This document shows, one piece after another, positions 37,001-51,800 of a stretch of 64,000 nucleotides of DNA. Below the pieces are notes generated by a model. That model did no database searches and had not been told where the DNA came from. It saw only the letters and a program-made list of their open reading frames with translations. The translations under genes were made by a program, and so were the position numbers. Origin of the DNA: Sphagnum compactum (taxonomy: Eukaryota). How positions within the stretch are numbered: position 1 is the first letter of the stretch; each line of letters opens with the position of its first letter. The DNA is taken from NCBI GenBank assembly GCA_965153455.1, contig OZ234493.1:6438213-6502212 (forward strand), written 5' to 3'.

Positions 37001-39951
37001 CAACATATCATTTATTTGTGCCAGCAGTGGTGATTCAAAGGACCTAATAGGGAGAAACCCCTGCATTTAATCACCTGATGCATTTATGAGATCACAGAAT
37101 TAGATGCATGAAGAATAAGATCACAAGATCACAACTCTGAGATGTGTAGCTCCAAATTGTCCCAAAGTGATGTGTGATGTGTACCTTTAGCATCTTCAGC
37201 TCCAGCTTGCCAAGTTCACGACCATTCATAAACACTTGTGTAGTCCCTTTGCTGGCATTACTCTGGAGGCTACCACCCACCTTCAGTGAGGTACTGATGA
37301 TTTTATCTGGCCTATGGCCCTCCTTACCCCAAAGGCCTGTCTGGCCATCATACCAAAACCTCCCAGGTTTCAATTTTTGAGGGGGTTTCGCAGAATTCAA
37401 CAACATTGCCATCTCTTCAGATGAAAGCTTACTGCCATTCACCCACACCTGCTCAGGACGAAGCTGATTGGCAGGGCACTCCATCTCAGCCTTCATGATT
37501 AGCTGTACTTCCAGAGGAGGCATGTGCTTCAGGAGCCTTGAAGGTTTCCCAATGAAAGGCCTCCTTGTCTCATGGATTGGCTGCCCAATGCAACTGACAC
37601 ACTTCCGACCTTCTGGCATTGACCCCATATATGGTAAAATACAACTCCTACAAAACTTGGACCTGCAAACCATGCACACTTCTTTGTCTTGTAAGCGCCA
37701 GTTTTTCCCACAGCCATAGCAACCCCCCTTCTTCCTGTCCTGAGGTGGAAAAAGTGCTAGTATGTTGCCTGAGGCCCCAGCAGGTTCTGAGGCCCTGTGG
37801 AAGGTGGCCATGGAATGCTGGGGAGAATCATATGCTGGTTGATCCATCAATGATGATGGTTTGCCCAAGTGAACAAGAGAAGCAAGCATTTCAGGTGGAA
37901 CACTTGATGAGTCACTTATGTTCTCTACCATAGCTGTTCCTTTGCCTTTGACATAATAGGACAGTGGAAGGGGTTCTGAAAGTGATGACGCTATGGATGG
38001 AGATGCTGAAAAGGAAGCAGAAGCAGAGGCAAGGATCTCTCCAATGTCAGAAGATGATGATTTCCGAGAATGTTCACTGGCATCTATGAGTGCAATAGAT
38101 GCAGCTGAGCTAGTCGATGTAGGTGAGTCTGGGGGGTGTGCAAAATAAGATATTGCCCTCTTTTGACCAATGTCTGTGCTCTCTAGTGGACAAGAAGGTA
38201 CAGAATCCATGACATTGTCTTTGGGCTTATTCAGTGAACTCACTTCTGAGCTCATGTGACTCTCATCTACTGCCACCTGTGGCTCCAAAGAATCTTCAGG
38301 AAGGTCAGAGTGCAGAGTGCTTTGACCATGTTCTAATAGGGCAATTGATGACAAGTCTTGTTGGGATGCTTTGAGTTGCTGCACTAGAAGGTCTTCTGAA
38401 CTCTGAGCAGCAGGCAAAATGGCGGCTGGCTGAGCAATACCTTCTTGAGCACTTTGTGAAACTGGGAATGAGGTGATTTGTGATGATAAACCTTCTTGAG
38501 GTCTCACAGGTTCAGACACCATGATATCTGTAGGCAGCACCAGTGCAGTCTCAGAGCCTGACATGCTAGTCCTCCATTCTCCCCGCAGCAACCGTGCCAC
38601 TCTGGATGTAGAAGCTGGGTTTCTTTGCACTTGAGTGTCTAAGGGCTTCTGCAATTTGAAACCCCTATGTGAAGCCTTCTCCAATGGTTTTGCAACAGGA
38701 AGAGAATCAATTAGGGTAGAGTTCCCCATATTCTTAGGGCTCAAACCAGTTTCATCCTGTGCAATAGGTGGTCTGTGGTATTCCAAAGCATACGAGTAAT
38801 CAAGGCTATCTTGATCACATGTTAATGAAACACCCATCAAGCTCAGCAGTTCCTCCAGTGTCTGTTCCTGTTGTGAACCTGCAAGAGCTGCCTTCTTCAA
38901 TTTGGCTGCTACAGCTGAGGGTTCAGGTTCAGTAACCCCATAAGTCTTGTCATCACCAAACAGCTCTGAGCTCCTGTGTGACTGCTCTAAGAAGCATGAT
39001 GGTTCCTGAGTGAGCCTCTGCACTGGTGTTTCTGGCATTAATTGTGAGGGATGCTGAAAAGACACCTCCGATGTTGGCACTGGAGAAGAAGGTGGTGATA
39101 TGCTAGACTGTGAGAAACCAAACCCAGCACCTAGGCAATCATTCGTTCCAAGAAGAAAATGAGAATGTATTCTAGATCCAGTACATTTAAATGCATGCTG
39201 CTCTCAATGTGGCATTACTAGGGCATGAATACGTGGAGCTAGTAACAACCTCTCACAGGAGACAGAAGTGTGTAGAGCCAATCCAAGAACGTATCTGCCT
39301 CAAGAAAAGTCCAAGCTGCTGAAAGCTTAAGCCTAATGCGCTACATGACCATGACAATTCAAACAGTAGACCTAGAACTCTGCTCTGCTCGCAGGATTCA
39401 GAAGTAGTGAGAGCTGGAACAATGGTGACCTAAAAGCCAGCTCGAGAACCAGTACCTTCGTCATCAGACCTAGCAAAAGCTCGACTCGATCGCACTGGAC
39501 TCGAGGTACCCGCCGCCTGCAGGCTGTCATCCTTCTCAGGTGCTGGATAGACCTGCAATGCCTTGAGCATTATGTGCTCTTCCTCCTCCTCTTCCTCGTC
39601 TGCTTGCGATTCTAAAGCTCCGTGGCTTCTGGAAGCAGTGTCGTATTCTCCCGCCAACCTTATTATTGGCCGCCCTTCGCTCCCACCAGAACCTAACGAA
39701 GAAGTACTCACATGAAGCTCCAAACCCTGGGCAGCTGGTGTAGCTGCTGCAGCACCTTCAAGGGAGCGAAAAGCAGCTGGCAGACGAACCGCAGAGCTCG
39801 CAGAGGATTGCGCCGGAAAGAGGAAGCCACTGCTTTTGTTCCCTCCGCCTCCTCCTCCTTGCAAACCTGCTAATACTGCATTCTCTTCTTCTCTCGCCCC
39901 GGATTTCTGCCCCTTGTCCAGCACAGATCCTGGAGGTAATGCTGCAACCAT
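34018..39951 (-). CDS. XLG: Extra-large GTP-binding protein (XLG), 1338 aa
   Basis: Exons 39951-39456, 39130-37185, 36980-36855, 36452-36270, 36108-35886, 35503-35226, 35035-34869, 34615-34018; all GT-AG, phase-consistent, 4017 nt. XLG hallmarks: YSYALEY, the Cys-rich [45 protein letters not shown], and a G-alpha-like domain ([34 protein letters not shown]). Exon 1 and the start codon are less certain. Confidence 0.92.
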
Positions 39952-40055
39952 CTTCTCATGGCTGCACCACCCAAGCTAAAACAATACACACATCCTCACC
40001 CTGACTCACCTCCTCGACCCCATCCCCCTTCTTCCCCTTCCCTTCTCACCCACAC

Positions 40056-40058
<3 letters not shown>

Positions 40059-40096
<38 letters not shown>
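40059..40096. repeat. (CT/GA)n microsatellite in the XLG 5' region
   Basis: Pure CT run seen directly, ~110-145 bp upstream of the ATG. Confidence 0.95.
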
Positions 40097-40100
<4 letters not shown>

Positions 40101-41599
40101 CGCCAACAAAAACACCAATTCTCTGACACAGTTTCTGCGACCAAAAGCGTTCTGCTTACATATTCTCACAGACTCGCTTCCTCCCTCCACCTTCTTCACT
40201 ACATTTTTTTCCCCATAAGCAATTCCAAAGAAAAAAAAGTTGAAGAGCTGAAGCCAACAAAGAATGCGCAAACAACAACAACAAACAGCGCACAAAACAG
40301 ACGCTTCTTCGCTTTGTTGCTTGCAGCAGCGGCAGCAACAGCAACAATTTCGAAAACGAAAAAAAGGGAAAAAGTCACAGTTTCGTAGCATTTACGAGCT
40401 CTTGGGAATGTAAGCGAACAACGGTGGAGAGCTTTGGGAACAAACTTTTCCAGACTTAAGGAACCGAAACGGAAAGGAAGGGAACTCTAGAAGGGAGCTT
40501 AAGGAACCAAAAAGCTCAGCACCTCAGAATTGTTTTCAGTAAAAAAAAAAAAAAAATTAAAAGGGAAAATTTGATAAAAAAAAAAAAAAAAAAAAAACAA
40601 AGTAAAACACACAAACAAGCAACCTTTTCTCCCAATTTCTTTTGTTTCGTTGTTTTTCCTTTCCAGCGGGGCAAATGACGTCGCTGATGCACCAACCCAC
40701 CTACCTACCTACCCACCCACCCACCCACTTATGTCTAGATGTTTATTTAAGCAGTTGTTTTTCGGGAGATTTTATTATTTTCAGTCTTTTTTTAAATACC
40801 TATTTTCCAAGGTGGATTCATTCTTACCATTTTAATGCCCTTGAGGTCCATTCACACCAAGGGCTATGAGGTTTATATTTCTTCCATTTAACCCTTTCTT
40901 GGTCTAAGGGGGCTAAAATGATTAAATTTTCTTGAAGTAAGTTAAAATATTTGGGTCATTCACATATAAGGGGTTGATAAAATCAAATGATGCGATAATT
41001 AGTTTTTAACCTTACATTGAACCATTCACCTCAAAAGGATAATTTGATCCCTCAAAATCTAAGGGATTAAAAAAATTAAAATATTTATTTCTGCCTAATT
41101 TAAAATCAAACCTAAAAACTTGAAAGAATATTTCACTCCTAGTGGTAAACTATCCCCAAGCCTTTAGTAAACTACCCCCAAGGTCAGAACTTGCCAATAG
41201 CAAATCACATGGACCAATCAATATACCTTGCCAATCAAAAGTATGTGTGAAATTGTGTTATGGCCAATGTTTTATTTGTGCAAAATTTCACCAAAATGCG
41301 AAAAAAATTAAAAATTAGAAGGAAATATTCTATGATAATATTCTAATTTTTGTGGGAAAAAAAAAGCACCAATTTTTATTTTTTTAATGTGTCACATTTG
41401 GATTCAGATTTTAGTTTGGTAACATTTTTGTAACTATTTTTTTTGTTATTTAGATTGGTTCTAAAAACATCTCATCACTTAATGTTAATTCCCTTTTGGG
41501 ATAGTAACCAATGACACAACATCAAAGAATTGAGAAAATATATCATTGCATGTGCATTTTCCCAACCTCAACATATTGAGCAAAAATGTTTAAGTCACA

Positions 41600-41850
41600 A
41601 CCATTTTCCTAAGCATGTGTTGAATAAATCTGAGATAATAATTGTAGGCTATGGTCTTATAGAACAACCATGTAAGTCCAAGTGAAAAAGGCAAGCAAGG
41701 CATTTCTAGTATCTTCTCGGTGTAACTAGGCCATAATACTACCACCTCTAACACACATATCAATAACCTCAAGAACACATACCAATTTTTTGTAACCTCA
41801 ATACATTTCTCCCAAACTTTTCCCACCATGAATGATCAACAATGGAGTGC
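41600..41850 (-). mobile_element. Decayed hAT transposase dimerisation-domain relic
   Basis: Minus strand reads SWWEKFGRNVLRLQKIGM (~41830-41775), resembling hAT WW..G...P.LQK.A. The rest is disrupted. Confidence 0.45.
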
Positions 41851-44109
41851 CATGAAGCAATGTTGATTCTCTACCAAAAGCTTCTCCCAAATGTATCATT
41901 AGCCTTCAAAAGGCATATGTTGCAACACACACATGTTCATAAGCATTCTCATCTATTTGGAATCAATTTTTAGTGAACACGCCAAGAATCTCACTCAACA
42001 AATGTGGGTGTGAAATCTAAAATTTTCAAACATGCTCTCACATTTACTTCATTGTTTAGGGCTATGGGCTTCGTTGCACTTAACTTTTGCCCTCAAAGTC
42101 AAAAAGCAACTTAACCTTATGTTTTGCTTCAAGAATATATTTGGACATAAGGTGCAAGGTCATACTTATGTACCACTTATGCTGGAAGAATTGAAGATAA
42201 TCAAATTATTACTTATTATTATATATGGTTGGAAAGCAAGCCTAGAGAAGCTTCCAAAAGGCCCATTATCTAAAACATTTCTTGAGCACTTCCTAAAACT
42301 TTAATTATAGATGAAAAATAATGGCATAGTGAATGAATTTAACCCATTTAGGATTAAAAGTAGACACTGATGGATGAATTTATCAATTTTGGAAGAAAAA
42401 TTAATGTCATACATTACAATTTATTTTGTCTAGCCATGTAACATTAGTTCATTATTTCATATTCCCTTCTCCATATGGACTTTTAACAATGGGAAGATAT
42501 ACATTTTTTTCTCTTCACATTTTCATTGGCTTTATGGACATTGTTCACATTATAACCACGTTTATCAAATTCTATTTCAAATCGTATGAAATGGTTTTTT
42601 CACCAAAATGATATTTTATTTTATTTTATATTTTAGGTTCAATCATAGGTTAAGCAAAGTTGCATTTTATGGGGCTTTTGTCTTCTTTTCTTTTGGAAAC
42701 TTTATGAAGGAGTGAAGCAATTATGATGAATTGAAGACCAACATCCCTTGTGCACTTGTCCATAAGTTATCAAAAAATGAAAAAAAATCATGAGAACCAT
42801 GTACACATCTTAAATTTTGATATTTAAACCAATGATGCAAAATTGATTTACAAAAAGTTTCATTATATATCAATGGTGAAAAACTTTTGTTGAAAATCAA
42901 TTTGTTTACAATGGTCAAATTGCTTTCACATACCTACTCTTAACATAATTGCAAATATAATTTGTTTGGAAGTTGAATGAACATGTATGAAATGAATGCA
43001 AAACATTGCAAATGTGTTCATTATTTTCTCATTGTAATCGGCTTCTAAACATTGCCAACTAGAAATTTGCATTTCTATCAACATATTTTCAAAGCCCAAG
43101 TTTTAAAAAGTTAAAACATCATGCACACTTGGAGTTTCCAAAGATGAAAATTGTCAACATTAAATATTTCCACCAATTTTCAAGGATTTCAATTGAAAAT
43201 ATGACATTGTTCATGAGCACAGTTTCAAAAAGGAAATATTTATCTTTTTAAAATGATATGATTGAACAAAATTAAAATTATAATATGCTAGAATCATCAT
43301 ACTATTTTTAATCTTAATAAGATAAAAAAATTTGACAACCCATTTTGTTGGTTGTAATACTCTTCATATAATGTAAACAAACTAATTTTAAATGTGAATA
43401 TTGAGCTTCAATATTTTGTATATTTTAAACAACGTATTAATTCATATCTTGGACCTTAAGCATGAATATTTAGATATCATGCACAAATTGATTAATTGGT
43501 TGAAATTTTTCTTGAAAAATATCCTAACAAATTTAAAATGACATTTTTTGTGATACGTGGATCATGAAGGAAAAAAACTTCATGAAAAAAAATTAACAAC
43601 TAAAATAAATGTGAGTTTAAAAAAATTTATGTTCATGGAATAAGATAACACTTTCACTGTTAGAAATCTTGCCATATGTAACCAGTATGTTTGTAACTAA
43701 GTCATGAATAATAGTTACATGCAATTGCATCTAACTATTTAATATTTTTTGGTTATGTCTACAATTACAACACAATTAATGCCACCTCCATCCTCAATTT
43801 GGATTATTCTTTTGAATAATACAATATAAATATAAATTTTTATATACAAGTGTTGGGGGCGATTATCATTTTTTTTTATGAAAACCTAATTGATTCTCTA
43901 TTTTTTTTTTGGGCTAATGAAAACCAATTAGGGTATCAAGATTTTTAAATATGGTGGTTCTTGCATATACAATAACAATCAGTTTTCACATCCAATTTTC
44001 ACAACCCTGTTATTAATGTTTCCATTAATTAAAATCAAATTAAATAATTAAATAACTAATTAATAATAATTTAATTGCTCCATTAATTACAATCAATTTT
44101 GTTTACATT

Positions 44110-46330
44110 TTAAAAATCACTAAAAATAGATGCAAACTTGTATGTTGTAACAATTTTTTTATCCAAAATATATAATTTCATCATTTCATCCCTTTCAAAA
44201 GTTATTTGAAACTCCTTTAACTCCTCCTCTACATTTAAATTAGTCTCAATTAACTCCACCAAAATAAAAGGGGATTTACAACCTCTCCTATAATCATTGG
44301 GCCAATTTTTGTTGACAAAAACCAATTTGTCCAAAAATTTTGAATTGTAAATGACACTTCCTAAATAAGGATTCCAATTAAAAAAAGATCCTTTTTGTTT
44401 CAATTTGGGATCCGATTATTCGTAGGATTTTTTTTAGCATAGAAACCAATTGTGCGAAACATATTTTCATGTTTTTCCCACCATTGAAATGGGCACTTGA
44501 TGTCTTTGACATCCACTTCATAACATTTGAAAATCAGAAGCTCTTTATTAATCAATTTCGTTGTTGGTTCACTTTTGCTAGTTGTCATCTCAAAGATATC
44601 CAAATTGTTGTCCTCTTCAAACCTTTGATTAACAATACCCTTTTCAGAATCAACCAAAACATGCAAATGATAATGACATTTAAGAAGTTGAAGAAACAAA
44701 ATATATATCACATTCTTCAACAATGGGTTTACCTTGCTCACAACTAATAAGTGAAAACACCACCAAAAGGTCTTAAACCTAGGGTGCAACATAAAAAAAT
44801 AATATTGTTGGATTTTTTCTTGATATTTCCTTAAGAAGGAAAGAAAGAAATTCAAAACCCCAACAACTTTTTTTAAAATGTTGGAAGCCAAACATGATAA
44901 TTCAAAAACAACATTTGCATTTTCTTCCATGAAGTTGTGAAAGTTTACAAAATCAATGTCATACCTTGAATATTAAACTCATGGATATGGTAGAATTTAA
45001 TGCATCGCTTAACAACCAATGACCCTTAGAATGGTTCAATATACAAGCAAATACAACAAGGCCAAATGAATCAACAATAATATGAAATATGTGTCATGTC
45101 AATGGAGATGGTATTCTCATTCATCCTCACAATGTTATGCATGTTATAACATAGTATAATAGTTTTTTAAAATTATAAAGCTTCTTGGAAAAATGATAAC
45201 TTTACTAACTAATTTGAAAAGGAAAACTTTTTTTGGTCAAACTATATATGGTAGGAATTCAAGAACAAAATGTAAACATAATTTTTTTAGCAAAAAGGTA
45301 AAATTACTTTGTCTTCACCAAAATATTCAATTTCCTTGGGGGAAGACCCAAATTGACACATGCCTTGTTCCATTCTTGTCTACCTAATATTTTTGCTCAA
45401 GTTATGCACTTTTTCAAATCTCCTTGGGCATACATCTTAAGCCTTTGCAAACTTTTTCATCTATTGTTACACATTAACATGTTTTTAAAAATGCACGACC
45501 AAAACAAAATCCTTAAATTTTTTTTATAAACCTAACACATCACAACTTCCAATTGATTTTAAGGCTACCATTGTAATGTTAAGGTTAAATCCCTCATCCT
45601 TGACATAAGCAACAATTTTTCTCCTCAACTCATAAGGTCCAATAATTCTATCAAATTTTTGGCCAAATTTTGTCCACTAATATCTATTGCTTCAAAATGG
45701 CCAAGGGTAATGTGTTTTGGCTACCAATCAACCCCTAAAAAAAATCACCAATGCAAAGATATCATGTCCACCTTTTGACATTCACAATCAAAACTTGTAA
45801 TTGCATAATGGCATTTTGCTAAAATTAGCATAACATACAATTGTTTAGTTTTTTTTATTAAACCAAGCAATAATTCAAGGAAATTTTGTTGTTTGGAAGG
45901 AAAAATAAATCTTGGACACAAATGCATACTAAATCATTTTAACAAAATAATTTCCACAAATTGCAAAGGAAGATGGTTTTTTACAATTAGAAATCCCAGA
46001 GTCTCCAAAATTATTTTTATTGTAGATCATTTTTTTAAAAACGGTTCTACGTAGTAGAAAAATTGGGTATGGAATTGCTAAACATATTTGTTTTTTGCTT
46101 TGCAAGTTTTTTTTTTTTTTTTTTCTTTCAAAGGATTGTTCACTTCTTCAATTTTTTTAAAATAATAGAATGGTCCACATTTACATGTTTTTTCAATGTA
46201 GTTGTACCATTAGTTATGTTATATGATTAATCCTTTTCTTGTTTGAGTTTTAGGATTTGAATTCAAAATTGGACTATTGTAATAAATAATATAACACATG
46301 ACTTGAGAAGCTATTACATCAATTTCATCG
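44110..46330 (-). mobile_element. Decayed hAT-superfamily transposase
   Basis: Fragments ITSFD (45790), DIFALV..DW..KHITLGHFEA..KIVAYVKDEGFNL (45760-45585), MLHPRFK, CPFQWWEKHENMF, GSQIE and LDKLVFVNKNWP. Multiple frameshifts and stops. Confidence 0.85.
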
Positions 46331-48864
46331 TTATTGAAATGCCCACCATAATGTATTTATGCTATTTGGTTTTCAAAATAATCTTTGTGCATGTAACTTT
46401 TAAAAAATTTCTTTCATTTTCTCTTCATTTTTTTGTGGATTTCTACTTCTTTATGTTTAGACACTTGCATTTTCTTGAAGTTTTTGCAAAGTTTTATTTT
46501 CCATCCTTACTTCATTCATGAACACAACATATGTATTCTCATTTTTAGAAGACTATTCCATGTTCAAATTGAAATTAAAAATTATTGCTTGATGAATAAT
46601 GAAAAAACTAAACAATTATATGCTCTACCAAAACCAGTGTACAAGCATTCACAAGATGAGAATTTAAATTGGGCCTTTCCAATGTCCCTTGATGTTTTTC
46701 TTGTCATGCTTCACAACAACCCCTAATGCCCCTTGAGATTCGATAAAATATAAAATATAAAATATGTTCGACCCCCAACATCCCCTACATGTTTATTGAT
46801 ATTTTTAAAATGTATTTTTGTCATTGACAAAGGTTTTGTCATCCCTAAACCAAAGTGCCCTATTCATCCAAATTTTGATTAGGGACATTTGGATTGAATT
46901 TTGTTGTAGATCAATGTCCCATCTTGGATTGTCCTTTCAAAACCTTGGCTTATCAACCCTACTCTTAAACAATCATAGTGGTTTAAAGGCTCAAGAAACT
47001 TTGTAATGTTAGACATGTTTGGTTTGAAAATAAATTTCCAATGAAAACTAAGTCCAATTTTTTATTATTTTTTAAAATGTGAATTTATTCTTTGATTTAA
47101 TATTATATGTAAATATACAAAATTTTGTGACTATAAGCCTAGCCTTTTCAACATGGATGGTACATACTAAATAAACATTGTTGGATTACCATTCAACTAA
47201 GTATATTTGAAAGGCACACACTTGAATAAACATGATACGTTGACTTGTGTTGGAACTTGGGTTAAAATCCGTCTTTAAATTAAATTAATAAATGTAAGTT
47301 TCCACCCATTACAAGTTTTTATATTAATCATTAACCATAGTCAATAAACATATTTTAATGTAATGAGTTGAAATGTTTATGATTTCATGAGTGTGGATCT
47401 TAAACACACTTTAATGTTGAACAATGAGAAAATTTAAATGAGATTACCTTAGGTTAACATTAATTAACATGTTTTGTTTAAGTCTGTACAAAAGATTTTT
47501 TGAGAGGGGGAAGGGTCGAGTTTCCACTAATTCTAAAAGAGACTGAAGTTAAAAGGGGAAAATATTTTCAATTGATTAAAAAATAATAATTGGAAAAAAA
47601 AAAAGTTTGCCCATTCTTAAAAGAGAGGGTGGTTAGAAAAGGCAAAATAAAATGTTTATCCCCAAGTCATGTGTGGAGGTTATTATATACTAAAAGATTG
47701 TTAAATGCATGTTCACTATCCCCTTCGCCATCGGTAAATGTTCTGAGTAGCTCTACATACCTGAATTGTAAGACAATTCAGGTTGGTGAAGGATTCCAAT
47801 GAAAAACAAGGTCATTCTTGAAATGTTTCAGCTGCAGCAAAGCTTGTCTTTACGTCTCATTGTGATCATTATGGGACACATAAATTTTGCTCTTAGCCTC
47901 ACCAAATAGAAGTTAGCCACTTATTGCCTTGAGAACTCTAGGGCATCTAGTAGTGCAGGATCTTTTCTGATGTTGTTTTATTTCCAGAGTAGAAGAAATA
48001 GTAGTCTGTTACATTCTTGTAACATACATGTTGGCTGTTACATCAGATCATCTTGTGCAGGAATCTTCTTTAGCAGCTTCTGATCATTATTAGTTTAGGA
48101 AGATCATGATCTCTACTGCTGAGGATGCTACCAATTCAAGGTTCAGTATAGCTTATGACATTAAAGAGCTTGATGGAAGAGGAATCCAACAGAGGTGCAG
48201 GATACTAACCATCCCCTCCTTCCAGTGTGCAGTCCTGCTAGCTGCCTGCATGGTTCTGCTGCAGGCTTCGACTGATGGCAGCAAAAAAAGTAAATTAAGA
48301 TTAAGAAACCTGACCAAAAGTGACTGGAACTAGGCTGCTGGATTGATCCTTTAGCTATGTGGTCAAGGGTTCCAAACTGCCTACAAGTAGCAGGACATGA
48401 ATTTTAAATTAAAAATCATCCTGCACCCTGTATGAATTGTGCAGTCCTGCGCACTGACACCCACAAAGTTCATGGGTGGTGTTTAAAGTCCTCCCTCCCA
48501 GGTTAAAAGGAATCTTAAAAAGGACACATGCAACTCAAAGTGAGATGTCCAACTTCCCTAGAGAGACACATAATGAAGGAAGAGCATAATGATTAGAAAC
48601 TCCGCTCACCTAAGGATGCACAAGGTATGAAGAGACATGATGCACTCAGAAACCAACTCAATGTTAGTGAAAGCAATTACTGAATACAAGAGTGCAAGAG
48701 ATGTTAGCAAGATGAAGGTAAGTTGACACTCCAACAAGGGACTAGTGACCTTCAGATTTAAAAACTGATGGCACTTCATGTGGAAAATAAGGATGGATGA
48801 TTCCACTCAATATTAATCTACACATCACAAACAATGAATATGGCCAACATCCAGCAGAAAAAAA

Positions 48865-51800
48865 CTATGGCAGTGAGGCTGTCAACGGAGTTGATCTACT
48901 GGCACTACCATTTGGCCCTGACAAAAGCCTGGAACGCAACTTCATAAGCAAGCGCCCCAAATTATTCTGACCTGCCCCATTTCTTCCTGTGCCCCAGAAT
49001 AAATCATGTGGTGAGGCTTCAATGAGCACTGCACCATCTGTTGATTTCAGCAGCATTCGAAGTTCAGGATCTGATGAAAACTTGGCACATAAAGCTTTCT
49101 CCATTACTATCACCTTTGCAGACTCCCAATCTGGTCGTACCTGTATTCACCACTTAATGTGACATACCTTAAACCAAACCACCAATGCTAAGCCCTAAGA
49201 ATCATCAGCACAGGAGCTGGCACAGTTTCATGGATTTGCAGATGAATCTGCAATTTGACAAACAGATTCAAGAACAAGCAACACAGAATTGGACTTGTGA
49301 AAAGAGTGACATGAGAAATGGACACAGATGAAGCAAACAGACATGCGGAGCATCAACTGAGAAAACTAACACCAGGCATTCCAATTTAAAGGGTTAGAAC
49401 AGTTACAAGATCAGGCCGTTGCCTTGCAAGTGAACGTCCAAGCTGAGCAGCTTCCTCAGGGCCTTCAGCTTCCTTTATGTTTCTCACACATGCTTTTGCA
49501 AGTGGATCTTCAACTCCTTCAAATTTCTGTGCCTGTTACACCACCAATTTTTGCTTCAGATTCACAAAATTTTTGTGGAATATTGTAGGAGGAGCACCTG
49601 CCAGAGCAGTGAGCACATGTGATTGTTAAATAAGAATAGCTTTCCAGTTACATGCTTTTCCAATTCACACATATGTCTGCCTTGAACTAGGGTCTAGCAT
49701 TTGGATCTAGGATGAAGAATGAAAATCATTTTCAGCTCTTTGAGTTGATGTTCCAGGTTTAATGTGTATCCATGCTCACATAAATTTCACCAATGTACCT
49801 GATAGTAATGCTCAACGCTCTTCCAAACCAGGACTTTGCCATTTCTATCTGACAAGGAGATGGAGTGTGGAAAGAAATTTGAGAACTCGCCATATGGATC
49901 CCATGTCTTGTAAAATGAAATGACCGGTGGTTGTTTTGAGGAAGATAAGTTGTCCAAGAGAGATGTTGCAGCTTCCACTGCAGGAGACACACTTTGGTTC
50001 AAATTTGGAATCGGATGCACATAACCTGAGATGAGCATGTCTGGTCCAATCTGCAAAAGAACAGAGTGCATAGCTAAAAGTCACATGATATCTTTGGCTC
50101 AACAACATGCTGTTCTAGGGCTATTTGCCAATCTTCTTCCAAAATAGCTTCATGGCAGATCCAATAACACATGCCTCATGGGGTGTTCCAGGAAACAATG
50201 CAGTAGTGCACCATGTACTGCAAACTACATCCAGGGTTGTGGTATACATCACATCTCAGCTACCTCCAGTTCACAGTTTACATTTGTTACCTGCTCAAAT
50301 GTGACATCTGATAACTTGAGAGCTTGGTTCATTTCCACCATTCCAAGTTCACCTACAGGTGATGGTGCTGCTGAGCCTCCAATTATCTTTGGAGCCACAA
50401 ATGCCATCACCTGTTGTAGATAGTGAGACATTGACCATACAACTGGGTTAGGGAAACAAATGTCATATGAATTGAACACTCAAAGATCACCTGCCAAAAA
50501 AGGTGCATTGGATCTTTTCCCTCAGGAAGCATGTTACAATTCCTTCATTTATTGAGATTGATAAGAACTTTGTCATCATCATCACTATGAAGATAGAGGT
50601 CAGAACACAGGAATAAGAAAGAAGGCAACACCTTGTGGATGACACCAGAAGAAATGGCAGGTGCTGACAGCATGCCCCCACACTCCCACAAAACTGATAG
50701 AAACCCACGGTGATAGCAATACTCCATTACTGCCCTGGGAGTGAGAAAATCAAACTCCACTACTTCTACCCCTCGAGAGGCCAACAGTGTTTGGAAGTCT
50801 TTACAAACCCCTCTTTGTGTCATCACAATTGTCTGTGCGATGGAGACATCCCACAAGTTCGCATTCTCAGGCAATCTCAAGCATCTGGACATTACTATAC
50901 GCACTGGCAAGTGGCCCCGGTGTCTTGTTGTCAACCGTGGATCTGACAACAGTGGAATCAAAAGAGTCATGAAACAAGAATCTGTACAACAATTCCTAGC
51001 ACCATGCTCCAAATGTTAACTGTAACTTAAATCCCAGAAGCCCCAGATCCCAACAGTTTAGGGTTTAGAGTTAGATGTGGTACAGCTAAACTTTTCAGGC
51101 TTTGCACAAAGGCATAGAGACAAAGGAGGGAATTCAGAGATACATACTATCACGGCGAACAGTGTTGCCTCCCACAATGACAGCATCACTCACAGCTCGA
51201 GTGCTGAAAACACGCTCCCGAGAAAGTTCACTTGAAACCCATGCTGCATGCCCTGTGCTTGAAGCTATCTTCCCTGCTCCAAGACACCAGACACCTTCAC
51301 CAGATGCTTTACCAGATGTAACTGGCATTAACTATTCTCACATTCTACTTTGCTTCCACATGACACAAAGTAAAAATCACATCTCCAACACCTCATCCAT
51401 ACCATAGGGTTTGCAGAAATTCTGTTCACAAAACTTTCAGCTCTAAGCAGCAAGGAAATTTTTCAGACTTTTCTAAGCCCGCATGAGTAAAACATAGTCT
51501 TTATTCAAGGCCTTGTGTTTTCAAGATTGTTCCTTCTACAAAGAGAAAGAAGCTCACTTTGCATTTATTGAAATGGGGGAAGTTGACAACAAAGAAGGCC
51601 AACCAAATTTTGATGGTCTACCACCATGACTGGATGCAGCAATGAGAAGTGTGGTTTTCAACCATCAGGTCAAGTCTATGCATATTGTGTTCATATCAAT
51701 CATCAGCTTGTGAAGTACTTTCAGTCCTCAAAGTACTGCAAAATCTTACCATCCAGTGTCATGGCGAACTTCAAGATGGAAAATGGAATCTTGTAAGCAG

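Noticed and set aside
39996..40391. 131-aa Cys-rich/ER-repeat ORF upstream of XLG
   Set aside because: Built from (TGC/TGT)n and (GA)n simple repeats typical of a 5' UTR or promoter.
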